Positions 43,987 to 54,510 of a stretch of 64,000 bases of DNA are shown piece after piece (position 1 is the first letter of the stretch; each line of letters begins with the position of its first letter). Origin of the DNA: an uncultured Mycoplasma sp. (lineage in GTDB: Bacteria > Bacillota_I > Bacilli_A > RF39 > UBA660); the NCBI GenBank assembly GCA_947642635.1, contig CANRTI010000001.1, forward strand, positions 4,975 through 68,974, read 5' to 3'. Under the pieces are notes generated by a model, which had not been told where the DNA came from, did no database searches, and saw only the letters and a program-made list of their open reading frames with translations. The position numbers and the translations under genes are program-made.

Positions 43987-45474
43987 TTAAATATAAGTCA
44001 TGATGGTAAATAGGATTAGTAAAATAACTAAAATTCCTACAATAAACATCCAAATATATTTAAACCAGGTCTTATAATCTATATCTAAATATGATAATCC
44101 TACTAATAGGAAAGCACTTGTTGGAACAAATAATCCTGTAAAACCATAAAGGGTTGTAAAGATTACATGAATTATTTCACTGCTTGTTGTATAAACACTT
44201 GTGAAATAAGCACCAACTAAATAACCAGATAATCCAAAGTCAATATTAACTGCATTAGAAATTAATGCATCTAAACTAACTAAGTATGGATTAAATGTTT
44301 TTACTCCATCAAATATTGTATTAGTAATGGTTGGTAAATATGTACACATATAACCTGCTAACATAATTGTAAAAGCTCCAGTTATAAGTAATGCACTTTT
44401 ACTTAGCTTTTTGAAACCTTCGCCATAAGCATCAATAATATCATTTAATTTTAAACCACTCATTATTGCTACTAAAATACTAAATACTAATAACATAGCT
44501 GAACCATGGAATAATGTCCAGTATCCAAACGCACCTTTAGTAGATTCTAATGCTAAGCTTCCTAATAAAGTTTTAAATATTTCAAAATCGCCAATTTTTA
44601 AACCTATTAGCCAATTGTGAAAATCACTAAAAATAGTAATTTTAAATTGTGCTTCCCAACTAACATAACCAAGAATTACTAAAATAAATACTAATCCTAA
44701 AATTATGCTAATTGGCCAAGTTTTAGCTTTTTTGTCATATTCAACAACTTTAAATGGATCACTATCAACTTCATTTAATTTTTTATCTTTTAATGTTTTC
44801 TTGATATGCATAATTGTAAAGAAATTATATAAGATAAATGCAATAACTAAAACAATTAAACGATAAAGCATTCCTGATGTAAAATCAATATTTGAATAAT
44901 GCGTAAACCAAGTATCGCCGCCATAAGTAATACCCATTAAACCAATTACTATGGAACCAAAAGTTACAGCAAAAGCAGTTATTTTATCCAATTTCATTGC
45001 TAATAATATTGAAACAAAGAATGGTACAAATATTAAAGCTGCAAAATTTTGAGTTAATAATGAACCCATGGCTGCAAACAATAGTGATGTAATTAAAGCA
45101 AAAACAAATTCCTTTCCTTTTAATTTTTCGGCTAGTTTATTAACTAATTTCTTATAACCTTTGCAACGACATAAGATTGCATAAAATGCTCCTAAAGATA
45201 ATAAGAAAATGATTTTATCACTAGCAAAACCAATGGCATAATAAATCAAATTTACAATATCAGTTATTCCTTGACTATTCATGCCATATTCAACATATTC
45301 TGTCCCATTGAATACTCCACTAGCAAAAATCCAAGTCATGGCAATGGCTAAACAAGCAATTAAAATTGTCCATTTAACCAAGTCATTTTTTTGAGATTTT
45401 TTAGTAATAAAATATCCACATAAGCCAGCTACTACTAATACGACTATAAGACCAATAATTTGTGCTATTGTCAT
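43987..45474 (-). CDS. Polytopic membrane transporter (YfcC/DcuC-like putative anion or amino-acid carrier)
   Basis: It has at least 10 hydrophobic helices. The start is ATG 45474 after AGGAGG. The family call is tentative. Confidence 0.6.
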   Translation of the reverse strand: MTIAQIIGLIVVLVVAGLCGYFITKKSQKNDLVKWTILIACLAIAMTWIFASGVFNGTEYVEYGMNSQGITDIVNLIYYAIGFASDKIIFLLSLGAFYAILCRCKGYKKLVNKLAEKLKGKEFVFALITSLLFAAMGSLLTQNFAALIFVPFFVSILLAMKLDKITAFAVTFGSIVIGLMGITYGGDTWFTHYSNIDFTSGMLYRLIVLVIAFILYNFFTIMHIKKTLKDKKLNEVDSDPFKVVEYDKKAKTWPISIILGLVFILVILGYVSWEAQFKITIFSDFHNWLIGLKIGDFEIFKTLLGSLALESTKGAFGYWTLFHGSAMLLVFSILVAIMSGLKLNDIIDAYGEGFKKLSKSALLITGAFTIMLAGYMCTYLPTITNTIFDGVKTFNPYLVSLDALISNAVNIDFGLSGYLVGAYFTSVYTTSSEIIHVIFTTLYGFTGLFVPTSAFLLVGLSYLDIDYKTWFKYIWMFIVGILVILLILFTIMTYI

Positions 45475-45775
45475 CTTTCTACCTCCTATTAGAAAATATA
45501 ACACAAAATAAAGAAAAAAAAAAGCTTTTTTAAAATTTCTTCTAAAAAAACTATTACATTTATACTTATTTTAACAATTTATGCTTATTGATTATTATTT
45601 GGTTTCATGGAACAATTTTCTAAGTTTGCTGTATCATGCTTTATTATTAGCATTTCTAAGTTTTTTTCTAGTTGAAAAAGTGCTATTTTACAGCTACCCC
45701 ATTAAATTCTTTGAAACTCATTAAAACTTATTAATATTTTTCTTAGTCTTAATTACAATACATACTATATCATAT

Positions 45776-45803
45776 TATAATAGAAATTTTATAATAGAAA
45801 TTT
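45776..45803. repeat. Tandem 14-bp repeat, TATAATAGAAATTT twice
   Basis: There are two perfect copies, at 45776-45789 and 45790-45803. They lie next to the 3' end of the integrase pseudogene. Confidence 0.6.
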
Positions 45804-45840
45804 CAATTAAATGTAAGCATTTTTTAACTCTATTTTAGAA

Positions 45841-46560
45841 AATAGAATTAATTTTTTCAATTTCTTTTTCTTTAAATTCGTGAAATATACTTGTATATGT
45901 ATTTAATGTTACTTGAATATCTTTATGCCCTAAAATACTTTATAAAACAACTGGACTTACTCTATTTTCAATACATCTTGTTGCAAATGTATGTCTCAAC
46001 ATGTGTGTATTTACTTTGCTTTTAGTAATATTACATTGATATACTGTTTTAGTTTTTCTTCCACCCTTTATTTCTACTCTTTTTTTATCAATTTTGTATT
46101 CTAATAATTTATCATATAATGAATCTAATATTAGCACATCTCTCATTCCAGCATAAGTCTTTGTAGTATTTTCCAATAAAATTCTTCCTTTATCAACATG
46201 ACTTAATGTTTTCCTTACATATATTTTCTTATTTTCTAAATCTATATCTTCTCTTTTCAAAGCTAATATTTCACTTATTCTCATTCCTGCATATATATAT
46301 AGAAATATAAAATACTATTGTATAATCATCATACCCCTTATCTAGTTCTTGTATAAATCTTTCTTCTTCCTCTAATGTTAATGCATCTATTTCTTTTGTT
46401 GGTTTACTTGATTTAGGTTTCATTAAGTAACCTTTTAATTCAAAAGGATTTTTATTTACTATATCTCTGATTCTAGCATCATAAAAGCTCCTTGTAATTG
46501 CTGCTATACTTTTGTTATGACTGATTGTGAATATGAAGCATTTTCTTTCCTTTCGTTTCT
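45841..46560 (-). pseudogene. Tyrosine recombinase (phage-type integrase) pseudogene
   Basis: It retains GMRISEILAL…HMLRHTFATRC…VVL, then an in-frame TAA, then SILGHKDIQVTLNTYTSIF. The N-terminal part (46285-46560) is frameshifted. Confidence 0.75.
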
Positions 46561-46637
46561 ATTAATAAACATGGTTGTGGAAATTTTGTAATTTTCATAA
46601 TATCAAATCATTTCTTTTTTATTAAACTTATTTATAT

Positions 46638-47081
46638 TTATGAATTGTATTTATTATTATCAAATATATCTAAAGGATATATTTTGTTATTTTCAATGTC
46701 ATCAATAGTTTTTATACCTATTTCGTAACCTCTTAATTCTTCTTTTTTCATTTTCTTTATATCTTCTATTGGAATCCATTTAACATTTAAAATTTCTTCT
46801 TTGTCAAATTCTATGTTTTCTTCTACTATTTCTGCCATAAATCTTATTAAGATATGAGTTTCTTTTTCTAAATCAATGTTGGCAATAGGCAAAACACCTA
46901 TCAATTTAACTTTACATCCAGTTTCTTCAAAAGTTTCTCTTATTGCTCCATCCATTACTTTTTCAAATTCTTCTAAATGTCCTGCTGGATAATTCCATTG
47001 TCCATAGCATGATTTTTTTGCTTCTTTTACCATTAATATTTTATTATCTCTTTTTATTACACACCCTGCTATAATTTTCAT
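46638..47081 (-). CDS. NUDIX hydrolase
   Basis: It has the Nudix box GHLEEFEKVMDGAIRETFEETG. Confidence 0.85.
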   Translation of the reverse strand: MKIIAGCVIKRDNKILMVKEAKKSCYGQWNYPAGHLEEFEKVMDGAIRETFEETGCKVKLIGVLPIANIDLEKETHILIRFMAEIVEENIEFDKEEILNVKWIPIEDIKKMKKEELRGYEIGIKTIDDIENNKIYPLDIFDNNKYNS

Positions 47082-47098
47082 TATTTGATTTCCTCCGT

Positions 47099-47616
47099 TT
47101 ATTTTAAATAACTATATTTCTCACTTACAATATTATATAGTTCTCTTGCACCATTACTTAACTCATTTTTATCTACTTCGCCAATTTTATATCTTTCATA
47201 TCCTATACATTTATTAGGTTCTGCAATTCTTAATTCTCCACTTTTTAAATTGCCTTTATATACAAGATAAATCCAGTCTTGTTCTTTATTATTTCTTACA
47301 TCAAATGTCTTAGCATAAGTCGACACAATAAATTCTTGTAATTCAATGTTTGCTTATGTTCCAACTTCTTCTTCAATTTCTCTTTGTAATGCTGTTCTAA
47401 AATCCATATAACTTTTCTTTACTCTGCCTCCAATAGTTTTTAGTTTTAGTTGTTCATCTCTGCATCCTAAACCTCTTCTTTGAAAAACTATTTTATTTTT
47501 CGAATCAAAAGCTATACAATAACTGCAACTTCATATTCTCTTGATATTTCACTATTATTTTTTAGAATTTCATTTAATTCATTCATATCTTTTACTTCTT
47601 TTGAAAATAATTTCAT
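47099..47616 (-). pseudogene. NUDIX hydrolase pseudogene (frameshift plus in-frame stop)
   Basis: The start ATG 47616 follows GAGGTAAGG. The Nudix box GGRVKKSYMDFRTALQREIEEEVGT is followed by TAA. A frame change occurs near 47520. Confidence 0.65.
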
Positions 47617-47643
47617 TTTCCTTACCTCTTACTTCTATTAATC

Positions 47644-47905
47644 TTATTTTACATTTTCCATTTGATAATGCGTTTCAGTTTCTCCATATACTTTGAAACC
47701 TAATTTTTTATATAAACTTTTAGCTGGATTATCTTTAGATACTTGTAGAATCGTTCTAATTCCTTTTTGTCTATTTTCTTTTAATTGTTCTTCTAATATC
47801 TTTCTTCCAACTCCTTTATTTTGATATTCTTTTAATATACTTATTTCGTTTATAAATAAATCTGCATTTTCTGTTGTATGTACTGCATATACTCCTAAAA
47901 CACAT
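47644..47905 (-). pseudogene. GNAT acetyltransferase, C-terminal remnant
   Basis: It translates to …ILKEYQNKGVGRKILEEQLKENRQKGIRTILQVSKDNPAKSLYKKLGFKVYGE…, which carries the motif A Q..G.G. No N-terminal half or start codon is present. Confidence 0.6.
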
Positions 47906-47933
47906 TAAGATTTATTAGATTTTTTCAAATGTT

Positions 47934-49418
47934 CTAATTCAATGGCTTCATTGTTGGAAATAAAATAACTTCTCTAATAGTTTCACTCTCCGTAAATAAC
48001 ATACATAAGCGATCAATTCCAAAACCAATCCCACCAGCAGGTGGCATTCCATATTCTAAAGCTTCTATAAAGTCCATATCAATGTCATTAGCTTCAACAT
48101 TTCCTAAATTTTTCTCTTCTAATTGACTCTCAAAACGTTCTAATTGATCAATTGGATCATTTAATTCAGTGTAAGCATTAGCAAATTCCTTACCACCAAT
48201 AAATAATTCAAAACGATCGACAAATCTAGGATCTTCAGGATTCTTTTTAGTTAATGGCGATATTTCAATCGGATGACCGTATAAAAAGGTTGGTTCAATT
48301 AATGTTTCTTCAACATATTTTTCAAAGAATAAATTGATAATATGACCAACAGATTTTTGATGTTCTTCAACAGGAATATTATGCTCTTTTGCTAATTCTA
48401 AAGATAAAGCAACATCATTTATTTCTTTAAAATCAATACCAGTTTTTTCTTTTATCGCATCTGTCATACTAATTCTTTTCCATGGTCCTTGCAAATTGAT
48501 TACATGGCCATACCAATTATATGTCATTTTTCCAAAAACATTTTTGGCAATGCTTTGAAACATATTTTCAGTAAGTTCCATCATTCCTTCTAAATCAGAA
48601 TAAGCCAAATAAGCTTCCATCATAGTAAACTCTGGGTTATGTTTAGGATCCATGCCTTCATTTCGGAAAACTCGACTTATTTCATAAACTGCTTCCATGC
48701 CACCAACTAATAATCTTTTTAAAGGTAGTTCCAATGCAATTCTTAAATACATGTCTAAATTTTGAGTATTATGATGGGTAATAAATGGTCTTGCGGCTGC
48801 TCCAGTTAAAAGATTGGTTAGTATTGGAGTTTCTACTTCTGTAAAACCACGATTATCCATAAAATTTCGAATATTTTTAATTATCGCTGGTCTTAAAAAA
48901 GCAATATTTTTAGAATTTTCATTAGTAATTAGGTCAACATATCTCCGACGATATCTTTCTTCAACATCTGTAAGACCATGAAATTTTTCCGGAAGTGGAC
49001 GTAAAGATTTAACTAAATGAGTATATTTGGTCGCATGAATGCTTAAAGCTCCCGTATTAGTTTTACATATCCAGCCATTAATTCCAATAATATCACCAAT
49101 ATCACAAGATTTATATAACTCATATTCTTGTTCCCCAACATCACTTATACTAATATATATTTGAATAGTTCCAAAACGATCTTGAATATCCATAAATCCT
49201 GCTTTACCACTTCGTCTTTTATTCATAATACGTCCAGCAATGATAACAGGATTTTTAGCTTCTTCTAATTCTTCTTTACTAAATTTATTAAAATCTTCTT
49301 TTATTTTTGAAGAATTACTTGTTACAGTAAATTTTGAACCAAATGGATCAATTCCTAAACTTTTTAGATTTTCTAATTTTTCTCTTCTGACTAATTCTTG
49401 TTCAGTAAACTCACGCAT
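47934..49418 (-). CDS. lysS: Lysine--tRNA ligase (class II)
   Basis: It has an OB anticodon-binding domain and the class II motifs FRNEG, ELNDP and [10 protein letters not shown]. Confidence 0.95.
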   Translation of the reverse strand: MREFTEQELVRREKLENLKSLGIDPFGSKFTVTSNSSKIKEDFNKFSKEELEEAKNPVIIAGRIMNKRRSGKAGFMDIQDRFGTIQIYISISDVGEQEYELYKSCDIGDIIGINGWICKTNTGALSIHATKYTHLVKSLRPLPEKFHGLTDVEERYRRRYVDLITNENSKNIAFLRPAIIKNIRNFMDNRGFTEVETPILTNLLTGAAARPFITHHNTQNLDMYLRIALELPLKRLLVGGMEAVYEISRVFRNEGMDPKHNPEFTMMEAYLAYSDLEGMMELTENMFQSIAKNVFGKMTYNWYGHVINLQGPWKRISMTDAIKEKTGIDFKEINDVALSLELAKEHNIPVEEHQKSVGHIINLFFEKYVEETLIEPTFLYGHPIEISPLTKKNPEDPRFVDRFELFIGGKEFANAYTELNDPIDQLERFESQLEEKNLGNVEANDIDMDFIEALEYGMPPAGGIGFGIDRLCMLFTESETIREVILFPTMKPLN

Positions 49419-49486
49419 AAAATCACCTTCCTAAATTATAACATAAAAAAATAGTCTTGTAAAAGACTATCAAAATATTGCATAAA

Positions 49487-50035
49487 TTATATTTTATACA
49501 TTTTAGCTTTATTTCTTGTAGCTACATAAGCTCCTACTGCAACAACTGCAATAGTACCTAAAGCAATGTAAGGTAATGTTGCTCCAGTTTGTTTATTATC
49601 GGCAGCTTCATCTGGGGTTTTTGGTGGAGTTATTGGTACTGTTTTATCGCCTAAACTAAGAATAACTTTACAATCTGTTGTTCCAGATTTTTTATACTTG
49701 AAAGTAAATAAATTTCCAGTTCCTGTTATACCATTAGGTTCCATTGAAGCAAGATTTACTGTCCAAACATTATTTAAAGGTGATGCCCCATCAACATTCC
49801 AATTACTATCAGCGGCATTGGTAATAGATGATTGTTCTATTTTAGCGCCACCTTCTTCAGTTAATTTAACTGTTAAATTTGTTTCAGGATTAGTACTAAT
49901 ATCATATGTTACCGTACATGTAACAATTTCTTCACCTTGATCACATTTGTAATTAATTCCAGTGCTAGCTTTTGCAACACATAAAGGTAATAAAGCCACA
50001 ACCATCAAAGCAACAAACCCAAATATCTTTTTCAT
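49487..50035 (-). CDS. Small cell-wall-anchored surface protein (sorting signal NKQTG)
   Basis: It has a signal peptide (…LLPLCVAKA). The C-terminus carries DNKQTGATLPYIALGTIAVVAVGAYVATRNKAK. It is divergent from a sortase gene. Confidence 0.75.
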   Translation of the reverse strand: MKKIFGFVALMVVALLPLCVAKASTGINYKCDQGEEIVTCTVTYDISTNPETNLTVKLTEEGGAKIEQSSITNAADSNWNVDGASPLNNVWTVNLASMEPNGITGTGNLFTFKYKKSGTTDCKVILSLGDKTVPITPPKTPDEAADNKQTGATLPYIALGTIAVVAVGAYVATRNKAKMYKI

Positions 50036-50176
50036 TTTTATCCTCCTACTCTTTATTATGTCAATATTATATCATAAAAATACAAAAAACTACAATTTTT
50101 TAGAAATTTTTGTATTTTTTTTATTAAAATATGTCAAATTGTGTTATCATATATAATAAGGAGACTATAATTAACC

Positions 50177-51784
50177 ATGAAGATACTTTTACAAATTAAA
50201 AATAATAAACTTCACTTTCAAGAAAAAAAGCGTTTAAATAATGAGCAAAAGAATTTGATGAATACTAGTGTTATTAATCAAAATGAATTATTATTTAGTG
50301 AAGAATATATCAAAAACAATATTAAAATTGTACATAACTTTATCAAAGAATTAGTAAACAAATATCAGATTGATACTATCGTAATTAAAGAATTTCCAAT
50401 AGCGCCTTTGGCATTACACATTTCTTCTCATATTAGTAAAATAAAATCTTTAATTTTATTAGAAGAATCCATTTTAACATATCAAATTTGTGATAAAATT
50501 ATCAAAACAAATTCTTTAAATTATGTTTCTTTATTTAATATTCCAACACATTTATTAGAAATGTTAGATAAAAACAATATTACTGTAGAGTCTCGTAGTG
50601 AAATGCTATTTATTAGTGATTTTATGAAAGATAACAATTTAGAAAATTTTTCTTCTTTATATTATAAAACTACTATTCGTTTAACTCTTCCTTTTAGTAA
50701 AGAAGATGAAGAAGATTTTTATTCGTTTATCAATATTAATAAATACTTAAAAAATATTTATGTTAACAAACTAAATAAAAATGATATTGAAAATATTTTA
50801 GATATCTTGTATAGTTTACGACTTAAAAATATTAAAATTTATATTAAAGATAATATTCATGACGTGGAATTAATTGAATACTTAAAAAAGATTAATAAAA
50901 AGAATGCGAAAACAAATGGGATACAATTTAAAATTGATTATTCTAAAGAATATTTAGAAAAAAATCTAATTAATCAAATTCATTTAAATACTATTAAACT
51001 ATGTATAATTATTGCTCTTTTCTTAATCAGTTCCCTAGTTTTCTATGTTTTTTATTCAAATTATACTTCGATGCAAACTGTTGAAGATATTCAAAAAGAT
51101 ATTGAGAATGTGATTGCTGAATCGAAAAATGAACCCGATTTGCCACCAGAAGAAGTTGAACCAAATAATCCAGATGATAATGAAAAACCGGAAGAAACTG
51201 AAAAGCCAGAACCAAAACCAATAAATAATGATGTAAATTCTTTAACTGCGATTAATCAAGATACCGTAGGATGGTTAAAAGTAAATAATACCAATGTTGA
51301 TTATCCTGTTGTTCAATATTCAGATAATGATTATTATTTAACACATAATTTTAAAAATCAAAAAGATACAAGTGGCTGGATATTTTTAGATTACCGAGCT
51401 GATGCTGAAAACTTAAGTCAAAACAATATTATTTTTGGTCATAATATGTATTATAGTGGTGTTATGTTTGGTACTCTTTATAAAACTAAACAATCTAATT
51501 GGTATAAGAATCCAGAAAATCAAATAATTGAATTTGATACAAAATACTACAAATTAAAATGGAAAATATTTTCAATATATGTTGTGCCAATAACAAATGA
51601 TTATTTAATAGCGGATTTTAGTACACCACAAAAATTTCAAGACTTCTTAGATTTAATAACTAATCGAAGTATTTATAATTTTAATACACCAGTTGCAACT
51701 AGCGACAAAATAATTACTTTATCAACTTGCTCTAATAATGGAAAAAATCGTTTAGTTATTCATGCAGTTTTATTAGAAGAATAA
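50177..51784 (+). CDS. Class B sortase with a 270-aa N-terminal cytoplasmic extension
   Basis: The C-terminal VGWLKV…VDYPVV, IIFGH and TLSTCS match the 249-aa SrtB at 4389. It has a TM helix at about aa 275-295 and a Pro/Glu-rich linker. Confidence 0.8.
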   Translation: MKILLQIKNNKLHFQEKKRLNNEQKNLMNTSVINQNELLFSEEYIKNNIKIVHNFIKELVNKYQIDTIVIKEFPIAPLALHISSHISKIKSLILLEESILTYQICDKIIKTNSLNYVSLFNIPTHLLEMLDKNNITVESRSEMLFISDFMKDNNLENFSSLYYKTTIRLTLPFSKEDEEDFYSFININKYLKNIYVNKLNKNDIENILDILYSLRLKNIKIYIKDNIHDVELIEYLKKINKKNAKTNGIQFKIDYSKEYLEKNLINQIHLNTIKLCIIIALFLISSLVFYVFYSNYTSMQTVEDIQKDIENVIAESKNEPDLPPEEVEPNNPDDNEKPEETEKPEPKPINNDVNSLTAINQDTVGWLKVNNTNVDYPVVQYSDNDYYLTHNFKNQKDTSGWIFLDYRADAENLSQNNIIFGHNMYYSGVMFGTLYKTKQSNWYKNPENQIIEFDTKYYKLKWKIFSIYVVPITNDYLIADFSTPQKFQDFLDLITNRSIYNFNTPVATSDKIITLSTCSNNGKNRLVIHAVLLEE

Positions 51785-51818
51785 TTTTTCAAACAAAAAA
51801 CCCAATTATGGGCTTTTT

Positions 51819-53225
51819 TTAAATTACATCAATTTTCATTAAGTTTGTTGTTCTACTCGTGTCAGTATTAGGAAAACCACCAGTAATAATTACTTTATCA
51901 CCTTGATTTAAATCCATAAATTCTTTAGCACTCTTGTTACTTAAATTTAATACTTCATCTGTAGAGTTACATACTTTTAATGGTGCAGGATATACACCCC
52001 AATTAAGAGCTAAATAACGACCAGTTTTTTCATCAGGACATAAAGCTAATATTGGCGCAGTTGGTTTTAAATTACTAATAACCTCTGCTGTTTTACCACT
52101 CATAGTAGCTGCACAAATTAGTTTTGCATTTAATCTATTAGCACTTTCAACTACATTACTAGCAATAGCAGTTTGAACACTATCAGTTTTCATATCTTTA
52201 ATGTAATCAAAACGAGCATATTTTTCAGCAACTTCACAAATATCGGCCATAGCTTTAACTGTTTCTACTGGATGTTTTCCAATAGTTGTTTCACCACTTA
52301 ACATTACAGCGTCAGTACCATCTAAAACAGCATTTGCAATATCAGATGTTTCAGCTCTTTTAGGACGAATATTTTCCATCATTGTTTCTAACATTTCAGT
52401 CGCAGTTATAACTACTTTACCCATTTCCCGACAAATATTAATCATTAATTTTTGCGCATGTGGTACTTCTTCAGAAGGTATTTCAGTTCCTAAATCCCCA
52501 CGACCAATCATAACACCATCAGAAACAGATAAAATATCACGTAAATTATCAATTCCTAATTGATTTTCAATCTTACAAATAATTTTTAAATCTTCACGAT
52601 TATATTGTTTTAAAATCTCTTTAACTTCTAAAACATTTTCTTTAGTTGTGACAAATGATATTGCTAAAAATTCACCTCCATGTAGACAAGAATATTCAAT
52701 ATCACTGCGATCTAATTCACTAACATAAGGAATATTTAATGCTTTACCAGGAACACTGATACTCTTACGGCTACCTAGAGTACCACCATTAATAATCTTA
52801 CAAGTTACTCCATCACTTTCAGTACTAATTACTTCTACTTTCATTTTAGCATTTTCAAGTAATACAATATCTCCTACTTCTAGGTCATCTAAAGCTTCAG
52901 GATGATTAACAGTAATTCTTTCTTTAGTTCCTAAAACATTATCTTTAACTAAACGAATATTGTGTCCTTTTACAAGTTCAATTGTTTCAGTTTCTAAAAC
53001 ACCACTTCGAAATTCTGGACCTTTAGTATCCCATAAAATTGCCACAGATTTGCCAGTTAATTTTCGCACTTCTCTTACAGAATTAGCTGCTTTTTCTCTT
53101 TCTTCTAAAGTAGCATGGGAAAAATTAATTCTAGCAACATTCATTCCAGCTTCAACCATTTCTTTCATAACTGGTACTTCATTACTAGCTGGACCAATAC
53201 TACAAACGATTTTTGTCTTTTTCAT
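51819..53225 (-). CDS. pyk: Pyruvate kinase
   Basis: It has MKKTKIVCSIGPAS, NFSHA, DTKGPE, MIGRGDLG and ATEMLE. Confidence 0.95.
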   Translation of the reverse strand: MKKTKIVCSIGPASNEVPVMKEMVEAGMNVARINFSHATLEEREKAANSVREVRKLTGKSVAILWDTKGPEFRSGVLETETIELVKGHNIRLVKDNVLGTKERITVNHPEALDDLEVGDIVLLENAKMKVEVISTESDGVTCKIINGGTLGSRKSISVPGKALNIPYVSELDRSDIEYSCLHGGEFLAISFVTTKENVLEVKEILKQYNREDLKIICKIENQLGIDNLRDILSVSDGVMIGRGDLGTEIPSEEVPHAQKLMINICREMGKVVITATEMLETMMENIRPKRAETSDIANAVLDGTDAVMLSGETTIGKHPVETVKAMADICEVAEKYARFDYIKDMKTDSVQTAIASNVVESANRLNAKLICAATMSGKTAEVISNLKPTAPILALCPDEKTGRYLALNWGVYPAPLKVCNSTDEVLNLSNKSAKEFMDLNQGDKVIITGGFPNTDTSRTTNLMKIDVI

Positions 53226-53361
53226 TTCTAAATTCCTACTCCTTTTCTTAAGTCGTTATAAATTATATATTATTTTTGAAATGTTGTAAAGTAATTATGG
53301 TATAATTATTGCAAGCAAACAAAGTTAAATAGTCAAAAAAATGTTAATGGGAGGAAAATAG

Positions 53362-54480
53362 ATGATTTATTTAGATTATAGTGCAACAACACCTGTTGAT
53401 GAAGATGTTTTAAATACATTTAATAAGGCTTCTCTAGAATTTTTAGGAAATGCTAATTCTTTACATAATTTAGGAAATAAATGTCAAACACTAATTGATA
53501 ATGCTAGTATGCAAATAGCGAATATTCTAAAAATAAAACCTCAAGAAATAATATATACTAGTGGAGCAACCGAGGCGAATAATTTAGCTATTAAAGGGAT
53601 TAGTTATCAATATCAAAATCGGGGAAAACATATTATTACTTCTAAATTTGAACATTCTTCAGTTATCGAATCTTTAAAATCTTTAGAAAAAAATGGTTTT
53701 GAAATTACTTACTTAGATACTAATGCAAATGGGATTATTGCAATCGAAAATTTAGTCAAAGTTTTACGAAAAGATACTATTTTAGTAACTATTAATGCAG
53801 TTAATAGTGAAATTGGTTTAAAACAACCTGTTGAAGAAATTGGGAAGTATTTAAATGAAAATGCTCATTGTTTTTTTCATGTTGATTTAACCCAAGCGAT
53901 AGGAAAAATACCCATTAATTTAGAAAATATTGATTTAGCTTCTTTTTCTAGTCATAAAATTTACGGTTTAAAAGGAATTGGTGCTCTCATTAAAAAAGAA
54001 AAAATTCAACTAATGCCTTTAATTAATGGTGGAAAATCTACGACTATTTATCGAAGTGGAACTCCTATGCATCCATTAATTGCTTCTTTGGCTAAATCAT
54101 TAAGATTAAGTATGGAAAATTTAGAAGAAAATATGCAAAAAGTAACTAATTTGAATAATTATCTTCAAAAGAATTTAAAATTATATCCTCATGTTTTTAT
54201 TAATAGTAATGAATACTCTATTCCCCATATTTTAAATATTAGTTTAAAAAATATTAAAGCTGAAACTTTTATGCATGCTTTAGAAAAATATAATGTTTAT
54301 GTTTCTACTAAAACAGCTTGTAGTGATGATACAAGTTTTAGCGAAAATGTTTACGATTTAACTAAAGATAAAGATTTAGCTAAAGGAAGTATCCGAATTA
54401 GTATTTCACATTTAACTACTCATGAAGAATTAGAAGAATTTTTAAAAATATTTGATAAATGTTATAAAGATTTATCTTAA
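53362..54480 (+). CDS. Cysteine desulfurase (class V aminotransferase, NifS/IscS-like)
   Basis: It has IYLDYSATTP, GATEANN, the PLP lysine in SSHKIYGLKG, and STKTACS (catalytic Cys). Confidence 0.88.
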   Translation: MIYLDYSATTPVDEDVLNTFNKASLEFLGNANSLHNLGNKCQTLIDNASMQIANILKIKPQEIIYTSGATEANNLAIKGISYQYQNRGKHIITSKFEHSSVIESLKSLEKNGFEITYLDTNANGIIAIENLVKVLRKDTILVTINAVNSEIGLKQPVEEIGKYLNENAHCFFHVDLTQAIGKIPINLENIDLASFSSHKIYGLKGIGALIKKEKIQLMPLINGGKSTTIYRSGTPMHPLIASLAKSLRLSMENLEENMQKVTNLNNYLQKNLKLYPHVFINSNEYSIPHILNISLKNIKAETFMHALEKYNVYVSTKTACSDDTSFSENVYDLTKDKDLAKGSIRISISHLTTHEELEEFLKIFDKCYKDLS

Positions 54481-54510
54481 AATAAAAAAATATTGCTGAT
54501 AAATATTTTT

